The position numbers were made by a program, and so were the translations under genes. This document shows positions 1 through 13,300 of a stretch of DNA of 64,000 nucleotides, piece after piece (the first letter of the stretch is position 1; the number at the start of each line of letters is the position of its first letter). The DNA lies in IMG/VR virus record IMGVR_UViG_3300028833_000003, one strand, 5' to 3'. This stretch comes from a virus. The notes under the pieces are model-generated. The model was not told the DNA's origin. It made no database searches and saw only the letters and a list, made by a program, of their open reading frames with translations.

Positions 1-9
1 TAAAGTCAT
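1..9 (-). CDS. first 3 codons of the next leftward gene (continues beyond the window)
   Basis: rc ATG at 7-9 lies 8 nt after rc AGGAGG (18-23), directly downstream of the TAA (40-42) of the giant tail gene. Confidence 0.3.
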
Positions 10-39
10 ATCCTTTTCCTCCTAAAAGTAGTTATAATA

Positions 40-3000
40 TTAACCTGCTGCTTCTGCTATACCATTAATTGAACCATTACATGTTCCATGTTCTGGGACA
101 GAAACTGAACATGCACCACTAACATGATGCGCATGTGATTTATTTGCTTTGTTACTAATATCGCTTTCAGTTTTAGTAACTCGTGTTTCAAGCGATGTTA
201 CACCTGATTTTATTTCTTGTGCAGTTTGAGCCGCGCTGTCTGCGGTTGATTTACTATCTTGCATCATGCTCCAGATGTCATTTTTAGTATGCTCTCCATC
301 AAATGATAAACCTTTGCCTATAATTTCATTTAATCCCTCTGGACCACCGGCAAGTGCCTAAATGACTTTTGTTAGATTACCCATACTACCATTTATTTTA
401 CTTGCCAATGATGAAATTTGTCCCGCTAAATCAGCCAATTTTTGATTAACATAATTTAATGATGCATAAATGCCATCTGGTCCATAACAACCTAAACCAG
501 CATAAACTTTCTAAGTAGCATTAACCCACTATGCTGCTAAATTCCACTTATATAATAAACCATAAATTTCAGTTGAATAATTAATTAAATTACTAGTTGG
601 TGTTAAAATGATATGCTATTTACGAGTTTCTTCACTATCACTCGCTGTTTCAGCATAAGAAATAACATTACCTTCATTATCGACATATTCTTTCCATCCT
701 GCTACGGCAGAAAAACCTAAATATTGATGGTCATGAGAAAGATTATGCGCTTTCATATATGAATTGTCAGTATTTAAAATAAAACGTAATTCAGAACCAT
801 ATAATACATAATTACCAGAAACAATCTTATCAGCATCAGTTAAAGTTATTTCAACACCTTCCGCGGTCGTACCAAGCCCTTGCTCTGTATCCCATGTTGT
901 TGGTAACTATGTGCGACCTAAAATTGCCATTAATACATCATTCTCAGAATAATCATATGTATGACTATCAAAACCATTACCTACTTGCTAACGAATTAAA
1001 CCAGCTGTAACTTTTGTAGTTCCACTACTATCTGAGGAATATGTCGTACCACTGTAACTACTTGGACCCAACGTTACTGCGCTTTTTTGATTCCATGTAA
1101 TATATTCAAATGGTCCGCTATAGTCCTGACTTGAAATTTTAAATCCGACCAATTCAATTTCACCATTATCATCATATACACCAATAGATACTCTATTTTG
1201 TTTACCATCTAATACCACATTATTATGATAAAGATTAATAGTACCAGATTGACCATTTAATTCAATAGCAGGATAATAATTCGTATCATAAATAGTTTCG
1301 CCCCATTCATCTTTTGCAGGCACCATTACTGGCTAATCATTTTCATCTACCATAGGCTGATTATTATCATCAACAGCCTATACCATATGCACTTCACGTT
1401 TCATACATTCGCCTAAACGAATTGTACCTTTTGTACCGTCAATTGCTATGTTATATCCACCGGTCTATACATAAGTCGGTCCATTAACATGTGGTTCAAT
1501 ATCAACGACATACGACTCTAATAAACCATTATGATAATACTCAAGAGGAATTTGTGTAGCATATACAATGTGTCCAGTTTCAGCATGTATCTCATATGGA
1601 ATATCTGGTAAATCAATACGCCGAAGCATACGATCGGCATAATGAAGAGTTGGATCATAATAAAATCCCATACGCGCAAATGTATTTTCTGCTCCACCAG
1701 CACCACTTTCTAACAAAATAGATTTATTAAGTAAAGCAAAATAAGGGTATTTAACGCCTGCGCTGCCGTTAATCATGCCTACATCTAATTCTGCAACAAA
1801 TGAATTAGATTCTGTACGAATATATTGTCCTAAAGAATTCTTTTTACGACGACCAGTTTCATCATAAACATAATCCTACAATCTTATTGTACTGTATAAT
1901 TTTGTATCTGTAAAACCCCAGCCACCAATAGTACCACTTTCAGCATATAAATCACCGTTATAATCTACACTAAAAGTGCCTCGATTCTATTTAGACATTG
2001 GTTGTCCTGCTGGACCACTCCAAATATAATAATTACCTACATCATCTGCATTATTTAAACTACTACTTGAATTTAAAGAAGCATAAACTAAATCAATTTC
2101 TTTTTCATGTTCTTTTAAATTGATAATTTCTCCATTATTTATATAAATAAACTTATATCTGTATTGCTCAATATAACCATCAGTATATAATATTTTATGT
2201 AAAGGAATCATTGTATTTAAATAATAGAAAATATTTGTTAAATTTTCTGGCTAGACCCATCTGCCTTCTTCTACTTGTACTTGCGCAACATCATCTCTAA
2301 ATAGTAGATAATTAGATTTTATTTCACCCTCAGCCTAGTGTGTTGCAATGGCAGGGAAGAAATGCTCTAATAATGTTGGTATTTCAGGATATTCATTTCG
2401 TAATATAATTAATAAATATTTATGAACATACTATAAAATTGACTCATATGTAATACCAATCTAAATACCACTAGTTAAAACTTGCGTCGTAGATCCATCT
2501 TGTAATGTAATAGAAGAAGTTAATAATTTATTAATTTCTGTTAATAAACTATGATCCTCACAAATCATGCCAAATTTACTTAAATTATCAGGCGCTAAAT
2601 AGATTTCTTTAATAAGATATAAATATAATTCTTCGGCAAATTCTCTATTAGTAGAAGTCTTATTTCCAACTCCTAGATATATTTTACTATTATTTTTTTT
2701 CTTTGTCAAGCCTGCGTCAGTAATCTACCAGCCGCCGATATCACCCCAACCAGCACGAATACCGCCGCTCATAAATACACCACGATGTGGATCAACAGCG
2801 AATACATCTTTAGTTTCTGCTATTGACAATAAATCATTCCAATTTACATTCGCTGCATTTATGTCGCTCTTTTCACTTTCAGTGTATAAAAAATAAGGGC
2901 TATATCCTTTTGATTTAATATCATATAAATTATCAGTAATTATATCAGTCTTTTTAGGATTTAAATTAATATAAGACGTCATGTTAGCGTTGCTAATAAT

Positions 3001-6000
3001 GCCAGCATGCTTATTAATATAAATACGTCCTGCGCCAGCAGCACCAAAAAATGCTTCACCGCTAGTTAATAATCCATATGTTTGTGCGCCAGCCTTAAAA
3101 CCATAAATACCAGGAGTATCAATACTACCATCGTTAATATCACTAGACCAATCACCCATCAACATACCAGTAAAGGCATTATTTGAATCTTTAGAGCCAA
3201 CGACAATACGTTTAGACAAAGATGTATTGTTATTATTATCAATGGTAATTTCTGTACCGCCCCAAGCATTTACTAATGAAGAACAATAAACTTGCCGTTC
3301 AAATACAATTGCTTGAGTAACCCAAGTACCATCACGCAATTTTACACTTAAATAAGCGTGTGCATCTCGTAATTTGTCTTCCCACTAAGTATTTTCACCA
3401 TCTACTAATAATAAAGAATAGGTAGTGCCCAATTCAGAATCATTAGCTTTAATGCGAATCCAATTATCTACATTTAAAGCATTCTCATAACTGCCAGTAT
3501 CTAAATTTATAAAATAATTAGTACCGATATTATTTACGATCATACCAACGCTTGTATTTAAAGCATCTGCAATACTATCTGCATCGCGATATTTGAAAGT
3601 TAAAGACCATACTGGAGCCATATCTAAAGTGACAGGAATATAACCTGTTTTCAATGATGCTTGATATTCATCAACAATTGCTTCTTTTACTTCACACTCA
3701 TGATCAATCAATGCACGTTGTTCAGTTACATAATTAAATCTTTGATCATTTTCTTCTGGTATTAACTCCGCATTTGCATCAATAACAGCATAACGCTAAC
3801 GCCGCCATGTCCAATTTGCATATTCTAAAGATGGATCAAATTCAGTGGCATATTCTGCGTCAGGCAAACGAATTGCTCTACGCAATTCAATTAAATTAGT
3901 AATAAACCCACGTGCATCATAAATAATTTGCTTACCAATAGATGCCGCCATCTCTTCTATATTAATATAAATATATCTATTATTATGATCTACAACTTCA
4001 AATGCACTTTTATCATAAGCTGGATTTGTACCAGATGAATTAAAAGCGATACGATTTGGACAAGAAATACTATAACTATTCACCTATAAATTATCTAATG
4101 CATCTACTGCTTTCCATACCTAAAATGGTACAGAATAATATAAGCTATAATTTTCTAATCCATCAACTCGCAATGTAATAATAGGCGGTACAATTGGCTA
4201 ATCTACTGTAAAGAAGTCCATTGATAATGGCTAAATATATAAAACACCAGAAGCATCAATATTAATCATATAATAATTGTCTTCTGTATTAGCATTTAAA
4301 CCAGAATTTAAATACCAATAAATCTAACACTTTGCACGTTCTTCATCAGATAGCGGTAATCCATTTTTCTTTCTGATATTAGCAATTAAATCATAATAAT
4401 AAGTACCTAACGAATCTTCTGCAGTGCCTTCTAAAGTAATCATATGATATTTATCTAATTTTAAAATTGGCGCATTAGTTAATTCATTACTATGATCTCT
4501 TACCATAATAGAGATATTATAATTACTACCCATCGTACTGGCATTACCAAAATGGAATTCGCGTTCGGCTATATAATTAACATTCCCATAATTGATATTT
4601 AATGCTAATCTATCTATTGGTCGCGCACTACTTAAAGAATACGAATCTTTAATTCTAAACTCTAATACAAATACTGTAGTTTCAGGCGCAAAATGAAATC
4701 CAAAACGTTCATTCACTTGCTCAGTAGTCATACGATGTAAATAATTAAACATCGTTGGTGAATCAGGATTAACTTCATTCGCAGTAATATCCATATTCCA
4801 ACTGATTGCATACGCTGCCGTTAAGTCATCAGCAATTTGCTAACGTACTGATGCAGTTAATTGTGTAATTAATTCTTCTTTCCCCAATGTAGCATAAGCA
4901 TCATCAAATGAAGTAATATTTAAATAAGCAGCTATAACTTTTTTATCCCAATCGTTTAAATAGCCTTGTGCTACTTCATCTGTTATTGTTGGATCATATG
5001 CTTTTAATTTTTCTAAGTAACTTGATTCTGTTGCAATTGCTTCACGAATAGGCTAATTATATTGTACAATACTATAATTAGCTTCTTCTTCAGAATCATC
5101 AGACCGCATCATCAAAAACGCATAATATGTAACGCTGTCATATGGGATTCCATCTGGATTTTCTATTGCGTGCCCGCGTTCATCAAAAACAAAAAATTCA
5201 GATATACTATCATCAGCTATAAATGATCCACCAAATAAATTTTCTGATGGTACTTTTTCATTTAAACTTTCGTATCGTGGTCTTACTAATTGTACTTTAA
5301 ATTTAGAATTTATGTCAGAAAATTGTTCTACTAAGTAATCAGTAGATTGATTTGTAAAAGTAACTTCATTACTAGTAATAAAAGTATTATCATATGAAGC
5401 AATCGCTTTAAATGTTTGTTTTGATTTTTTAGGATTTAAATCGACTTCTGCCAATGTAAATAATTCTTCTGGTTCATCTAATACATATTTAGCTGGTTCA
5501 TTAGTTTGTTCTTCAACAGTATAAATTTCTGATAAATACTAAAATTCTACTGCATTTAATGGTATAGCAGTATTACGATCTGCAGTGAATGGTAATGTAT
5601 CGCTTTCAATTAATACTAATTCATTACTATCGTTTCGTGTTACTAATTGATAATCAACTAAATTAATCCAATAGCCGTAAGGGTTATTGTTATCCAATTT
5701 ATCAGCAAAGTCTTGTATCTCTACTGCATTACCAAAATTTAACGTCCAACCTGCTATTTCATCATTCCAAGGCTATAAAATAGTCGGCGCATTACCAGTT
5801 CCGCCAGAAGTCAATGGTATATAATAATAAGCACCTACTTTTGGTTGTACAGAATGATCAAAACCATACATATTAGTTAATGTATAAATCATTGAATCAA
5901 ACTTCCAATAAGTAGGTAAATAACCAGGAGCTTCCACCGTAGAATCGTCACATTCAAAAATTGTCTGACCTAATTTAAATTGATATAATGGATGCAATAC

Positions 6001-6993
6001 CCAAGCATCAATATCTTTTACTGGATCAACTATATGCTCCTATCGTTCTATATGGCCAATATACTATACAACTGGCGCCCATTTTTCATTATCATTAATT
6101 AAAATTGATTTTAATTGTGCATAAGTCACAACTTTTGTAGCAGTTTTATCAATACTACCATCAGGTCGTATCGTATCATTTAATGGTTCCCATCCTAACC
6201 CAGCCTATTTATCAATAGTGCCGGTATAATCGGTATTTTTTCTGAACCATTTAATTTTATAACGCTAATTTAATAAATCTTTATATTGATTAATTAAATT
6301 ATATAAATCTTCCTACTACTAAATAGTTGTAATATCATCAAATAAATTCTCTGGATCATATAACATCTAATTAAAAATGTCTTTAAAAGCATTGCCATCC
6401 GCCCAATCTTCTTCAGTCATATCATCAAATAAAGTTAAACCATATTGATTATATAGGGCTTCCATACGATTATATAAATAAGTTAAATAATTCTTATTAA
6501 CTAAAATGCGCTCAGTGCGCTAAACTGCTTGAGCTTCTATTAATAATGCTTCTTCCATCATACGAGTTAGCTCTTGCAATTCATATGTTATTGCTTCTAA
6601 GCGAGCGATATAAGCTGCTAATTGTTCATTTGCATCTTCAATTTCTTCTTCTACATCTTGTCGTATTGCAGTAATGAAATCATTAAGCATTTGCGTACAA
6701 TTCTTTTTAAATTCTTCTTCTATATAAGTATATACATCTTTATCCTGTTGTTTAGCTTCTTCTTCTAAAACTTCACGCTCTTTGCCTTTTGTTCTATCAT
6801 AAATAACATATGCAGCATAACGAGCCGCTTGCTCTTTTGCTTCACGTATTGCACGATCGCGCGCCAAAGCCTAAGCAGACAATGACACTGACGAATAAAT
6901 AGTTTTTGCAGTTTTTTCAAAAGCGGTAGTATTAATACTTAAACCACCGCCACCAGCTTCTAACGGTACAGTAACAAAACTCAATAATCTCAC
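40..6993 (-). CDS. giant tail-tip/fibre protein (Tal position), 2317 codons with TAG read as sense
   Basis: 12 ORF-track fragments (40..267 to 6520..6867) share one frame. All interruptions checked are rc-TAG (358, 511, 529, 616, 907, 988, 6871). GTG 6991-6993 overlaps the upstream TGA (GTGA). True stop is TAA 40-42. Last gene after the tape measure. Confidence 0.75.
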
Positions 6994-9900
6994 CCCAATC
7001 TAGAGATGTCCCAAGACAACTTAATTTTTGCAGGTTGCCAAGCACTAAAAGTAAAATGTCGTTCTTCTTTTATTGGTTTTTGCATATACTCTGCTGCTTT
7101 TTGTCGTACTAATTCAGCAGCCAACTATTCTTGCATTTTACCATACTAATAAAAATCACGTGAGGTCGGTTTTTTTACTGTTGTCGTTGTAGTTTCATTC
7201 CCATCTGGATCAGTAGTAGTAACGGTAGTTGTGCTTTGTTGTTGCAATTTTTTTTCTTGTAATGCTATCTAATAATAGCAATATAATATCTATCGAATTA
7301 AAGTATTTACTAAAGAATCGCCTGTTCCAGTAATCATATAACCAGAAGCTACTGATGCGTGCTCTGCATCTTTGATAATTGATTTTCCTGGACATAAAGC
7401 ATATAATCTTAAAAAATGTAAATGCGCCGTACTATCAGGGTTAATTACCATATTAGGAGAAGTTTCATAAGAGCGCATTAAATAAGGATTTGCAATTTTA
7501 TTACAAAAAACATCATCAGTAGCAAACATGTCTTCTGTAAAAATAATTTCGTCTTCAAACTACATTAATTCATTAACAACCGCAGTGGATAAAATATCTA
7601 AATTATATTTTAATAATAAAGGATTATTAGTCTAATCAATCATAATTAACTGTTGTAATTTATCACTTAATTTTGAACGAGCTTCATCAATTTCTCTTTG
7701 TGTATATAATGTGATATTATTTAATACACTTAAATCAGCAATTGAGTCAATAGTTGCTAACTAATTTTCTAAGCTCGCTAATTTAGCATTTAAAGCATCA
7801 ACCGCAACAGTTATATTGTCTTGCTCTTCTGTTAATTCATTTTGTCTTGCGGTAATTTTTTCACGTTCTAACTAAATTGCTCTACGTTCATAAATAAGCC
7901 ATCTATTTACAACGTCAATAATAACTTTTTGTTTATTCGCGCGCGTAGCATCAAATGGAGTATTATATAACTCACGATAGCCTTCAATTAAAGCACTTAA
8001 ATCTTTTTCATCATCACGGCTATAAAATAATGCACGTTCAGTTGGCTATAATTCAATTAATGTTTGCGTTTCAGCATCCATCTCCCAAGAAGGGTAAATA
8101 TAAATACCGTTATTTACATCTGCTTTTACCCAAATAGCTTTTAAGTTACGAGTTTCAACTTGGTCTCTTAATTCTGCCCCACCTAAGCCATATTCAAGAG
8201 GTTCTTCAGTATATAAAATTAATTTTCCTTCTGCTAATTCCTAAACTGCAAAACCTAAACCTAAATATGGATTATGTAATGCTAATGTCTCTGGTACCGC
8301 AGCCTCGCAGCCTTCAATTAAGTCATCATAAGATTCATTACTTCTGACATATAAAATTGTTTCATCTACTCCAGGTAAAGCATATTTATATTCTACTGTC
8401 ATATTGCCTTCGGCAGACCATCCAGGAATTAAATTATTTGCTAAATCATAACTATCAAAATTCTAAAAAACAAATAATGTAATTTTACTAATTGAAATAT
8501 AGTCTTCAATATTTAATAATTTCTATTGAGAGTATGGAATAGTATAAGCATAACTATTACCAATAAATTCCGCATTTGTAAATTCGTCATCAAAAATAAT
8601 ATTATTTTCTTCATTAATAATGCCATATTCATTAGAACCGGTATCAATCAAATGAGCATCTAATTTACGCCATAAATCATCATAATGAATATCTAAACGA
8701 GTTAAAGCTAACTATTTATTATATTCATCATTGGCATATTGTTCTGTAATCGCCGCAACGTCAGCCGCATATTGTGCTTCTAATGCAGCTTTACGTTTAT
8801 TATATTCATCCGCAGTGTAAGTGCTTGTAGAAGATTCTTCATCAGTTGTTTTTTTAACGCCTTCGACCACAATTTTTACACCATAAGTACCTTTTAATCC
8901 AGGATATTGATTTAAGAATGATTCTACATCTATCTATAAACCAGCTTTAGTAAAACCTTCTATTGTTGCCGCGCCATTAGCAGGAACAAAAGAACATAAT
9001 TTAGTAAATAATTTACTGTAATGACCAGTTAAAACATCATAAAATTTTCTATTAGCCCAAAATTTATATGATACTTCTGGTCCGCCGCAAATAGGTGTTA
9101 TACGATATTCATTATAAATCTATTCTAAAGTACGTGTTTTTGCATATTTGGCTTTAAATTGTAGCCAAGCCTAAATGATATTATCACGTACTTCATCACT
9201 TACTCCTTCTGTTGTGACCATAGCAAGCATATCTGGATAAGCTAAGTCTCTCGTTAATTTTTTCCAATCAAACACTTTAGTATTTAATGATTCCCATTTA
9301 GAAGTTAAATTTGTAATAAAATTATTAATGCTAGCATACTAATGTGCAGCATTTTTAATTGTATGTAATGTGCCATTTTCTAAATAGTTATAATCAGCAT
9401 TATCATCTATATTCGTTGTATCAGAAAATTTTGCATATTCTTGTTGATAGTATGCGGATAATCTAGCATTATCTTCCTATAACCAAGCAATACATTGCTC
9501 GCGAGTGTTTTCTGTATAAGCCGGATCGGCTTCAATTGCACGTCCAACTTGCGCGACCAATATTTGTAATTCTGATAACGTATAATATGGTGCATGATTC
9601 TAACTCAAATTATTAACAGCATTAGTTAAAGCAGCATATTCGTGGTGTATGCAATCATAAATCGTATTCACATTATCAAAAGCGATAAAATTATTCATAC
9701 GCTATTGAATAATAGCAATTTTTTCTTCACGCATAGTTTCGATTATACGAGTACATTCATATGGAGTTATACCCCATACATATTCTTTATCTTGATTCTA
9801 CTCATAACGATGCTATTTTTTTAATTCAATATCTTCTTCTGCGTTGCCTAAAGCCGCTAAATCAGCAATATAAACAGGAACACAACCAGTTAATAAGCTA

Positions 9901-10259
9901 TATAAATCTTCAACCTCAAGCGCAGCAACCTAAACGAAATCATCAAAAGGCCATTTAAAATTATACGCCGCACTGCTACCTGTCATTAAACGACTTACAA
10001 TGCGTTTCTAATTGTCCCAATTATTCTATGGAACTAAAACTTGTACCTATTCGCCCGCGAAAAATGACTATTCTGAGTATGCTTCAAAACGAGTATTTTC
10101 ATATTCACAAGTGTAAATATTTTTATCCTCTTCCGAACGCGAAATGATAGTACAAGGCGAATAAGTTTTATCAAATTTTAAATCACTTAATGCTTTTTTA
10201 GTCAATAAATCAACTGCACTTAAAACGCCATTTGCAACACTATCATTAAAATTAGCCAT
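6990..10259 (-). CDS. large tail protein (distal-tail/Dit position), 1089 codons with TAG as sense
   Basis: ATG 10257-10259 lies 9 nt after AAAGGAG. Fragments 10068..10259 and 7290..7529 are in frame. In-frame stops checked are all TAG (7125, 7146, 7269, 7290, 7560, 7632, 7761). Real stop is TGA 6990-6992. Confidence 0.7.
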
Positions 10260-10301
10260 ATCTTCACACTCCTTTTACTCTATAACTCTATAACATAATG
10301 T

Positions 10302-10335
10302 AAAAAGGGCCGGATTCTTTAATAGAATCCGGCCC
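10302..10335 (-). terminator. rho-independent terminator/attenuator after the tape measure gene
   Basis: 11-bp stem GGGCCGGATTC/GAATCCGGCCC (10307-10317 / 10325-10335) followed by a T5 run on the minus strand. Confidence 0.7.
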
Positions 10336-10342
10336 TATATTT

Positions 10343-13300
10343 TTATCTATAATTATTAATATATTGTGACGCACGATTATTAAGTTCATCAAACGCCGCA
10401 ATAATTTCGTTTCTATCAGTTGCATTCGGGAACTCAGCGGAAATATGAACATTCTATTCTAGCCCGCCTAGACCAGAGAAAATGCTAGCACCATTGGCTG
10501 AAACTCCACTACTTGACATAGCGGCAGCCAAACCACCAATAAATCCTAACAAATTTTGAACAGCAGATGTATCAATAGAATGTAACAGATCAATCGTATT
10601 TAGCAAATTAGGCGTGTCTGCCGCATTAAGCATAAGCTCTGGTTTATTTGGTGTGCCATCAACCCAAGCAGGTCCAGTATAATCAACCAAACCGCCAGAA
10701 GCATACCCACTTAATTTTGAATTATATCTCATTGCAGCAGCCTTTGCCGCTTCAATTTTTGATTGCCAATCACTTGAAACCTTTTTACTTTTAGTAGATG
10801 ATACTGTTGTACCGTTAGAACTAGCAACCGTACCATCAGTATAACCAACCATATTATTTTGTACTGGTACTAAACGATATTGAATAAAACCAGTAGCATT
10901 AGGTGTTGCAATGTCTCCTTCGGTACCACCAATCTGCCATAATAATTCTAAATTTTTTGTATTTGCTGCTTCAATAGTAGCAAAAATATCTGAAATAACT
11001 TGTTTTTGTCTATACCAAGCATCAGTCACTGCATCAACTTTAGCCGCTTCATCGCCCAATTCCTCATTTAAAAGACTGACTTGCGATGCAGCTAATGATG
11101 TAGTAGAACCAATGATTTCATCAAAATTGGTCATGTCTGCTAACCCAGTACGATAAAGAGATGTATCTAAAGCATCACTGAATTCTTTTAATTTAGGTAA
11201 TAACCAATCAATCTATTCTGCTAAACTCATTGCCATACTATCTTGTAATTCAATAGCAGCTTGAATAGTAGGATTGATACCTTCTGTTGGGTCTTTAAAA
11301 GCACTATAATAAGCATCGCTATATGCATCCATACAAGCTTCATTATTAGTGGTTAAATTAGCATATGCTTCTTTCATTTGATCGACAAAATATTTATCGT
11401 CTTGTTGAGCCATTTCATGTAATTCACGTAATTTTGCTGCTTTTTCTTCTTCATTCAATAAATCATCAAGAGCAATAGCTTTCGCCTATTCCACATACCA
11501 TTTGCGCTTTTCTAACATTTGTTCTTCTAATTCCCGCACTCTGTCTAATGATAATTCATTAATTTCAATTAATACATCATTATATTCCTGCGTTGCTTCA
11601 TCAACTTTTTCTTGGTCTGCAGTATATTGATACATATAATTACCATTTTCATCTCTTGTTAATCGTACAGTATCTTTTGCGTTCTATGCATCACGTAACG
11701 CTGTCTGTTTTTCTAATAGTTCATACTATTTTTGCATCATATCAACATCATATTGAGTTAATTGACCACTTTTAGCTTTTTGATTAATAACATTCTATAG
11801 CTCTTCATATTGATTCTTTAAAGCCTTATCCATAGTATCTGCCATCGCTTGTTCAATTTGTCTATTTAATTTATTAATATTATATAACTAATGAGCTGTA
11901 TTTAAATATCTATCTTGTACTTCAATGTCACGATCATATTTACCTTGTAAGTAATCTAATGTCGTTTCTCCCATCGCCAATGCTCTATCTAATTCAGTGC
12001 CCATTTCTTCAACATCGGCTTCCCAACGTTGTCTAGCTAAATCCGCCATACTTGTTAAATTTTCATAATAAGTATTTTGTGTATCTTTTAAGCGAGCTAA
12101 TAAACTATAATAATCTGCCTATTGCTGTGCGTCTAAATTTTCTAGACCATCAGCTTCAATAATTTTTTGATCAAATAATTCTTTTTGAGCTAAAACAGTT
12201 TCATATACATCTTTATAAATATTTGCCAATGCCTAAGTTTGATTATATTGTTCTGTCAAATTTGCTCTTGTTGTTGTAAATGTTTTATGAACTCCTATTA
12301 AATCACTAATATCTTTAATAGTCTATAAAGCAGTAATATTCTTATCTAATAAATCAGTATTTCTTGATAATTCGTCATCGTATTTAGACCACATATCTTC
12401 AAATAATTCCTATATTTCTTGACCTTTATCAAAGATGTCTGACATATCATCATTTAAAGCTTCCATAATATCCTATGAATGTTCTGCCATAGTTGCACCA
12501 TCAATTTCGCCTGCTTTAAATGCTTGCTATAATTCATTTAATTTAGTCATTTCTTCATTAAGTTTAATAAAACTCGCACCATCTAAATTTACTCCATCAC
12601 TACCAAATAGTGCCTCTGCTATTAAACTTGCTCTTGTGCTAAGATTAGTTAATATATCTTCGGTACGATCAAGTTGCCCTTCTAATGCATTTAATTCTAA
12701 ATCTGCTAATTCAATTTTCCATTCGTGCGCAGTTTCTACGGTTTCAGCAGTTTTTTCAGAAATTTCATGTTGCTATTCAAGAATTTTTTCTTGATATTCT
12801 TCTATTTGAGCTAATGAATCTTCATAATCTTCAATGACTTTCAACATACGTTGATAGGCATCATCAGGTCCTTCCATCCCGCTTTCTGCTTCATCATCTT
12901 TATGTTCATTATACCAATCTATTAATTTTTCCTAAAGAGCTTCCCAATTTTTAATAGTTCCATCTTCATCAAAATCAAGAGTAATACCAAGCTATGCTGC
13001 TAAGCCTTCAACATTTGATCTATCTTTGCTAGCATATGCCGCAGCTTCATTTAATCGTTCTTGATAATTGTCCATTTGTTTATTTAATTTTTCAATTTCT
13101 TCACGCATCAATTTAACTTTAGTTACACCAAATGCCATTTCTTCTTTTTTAGCGACCTAGCCTAATTTGGAATCATATCGTTTAATTGTTTCATCAACTT
13201 CATGGTAGCGTTTAAGATCGGCTTTGGATTTACCTTTCTTCTTCTTTTTGCCTCCACCGCCGCCGCCTCCGCCGCCACCACCAGGTGCAGAAGGTGCTCC

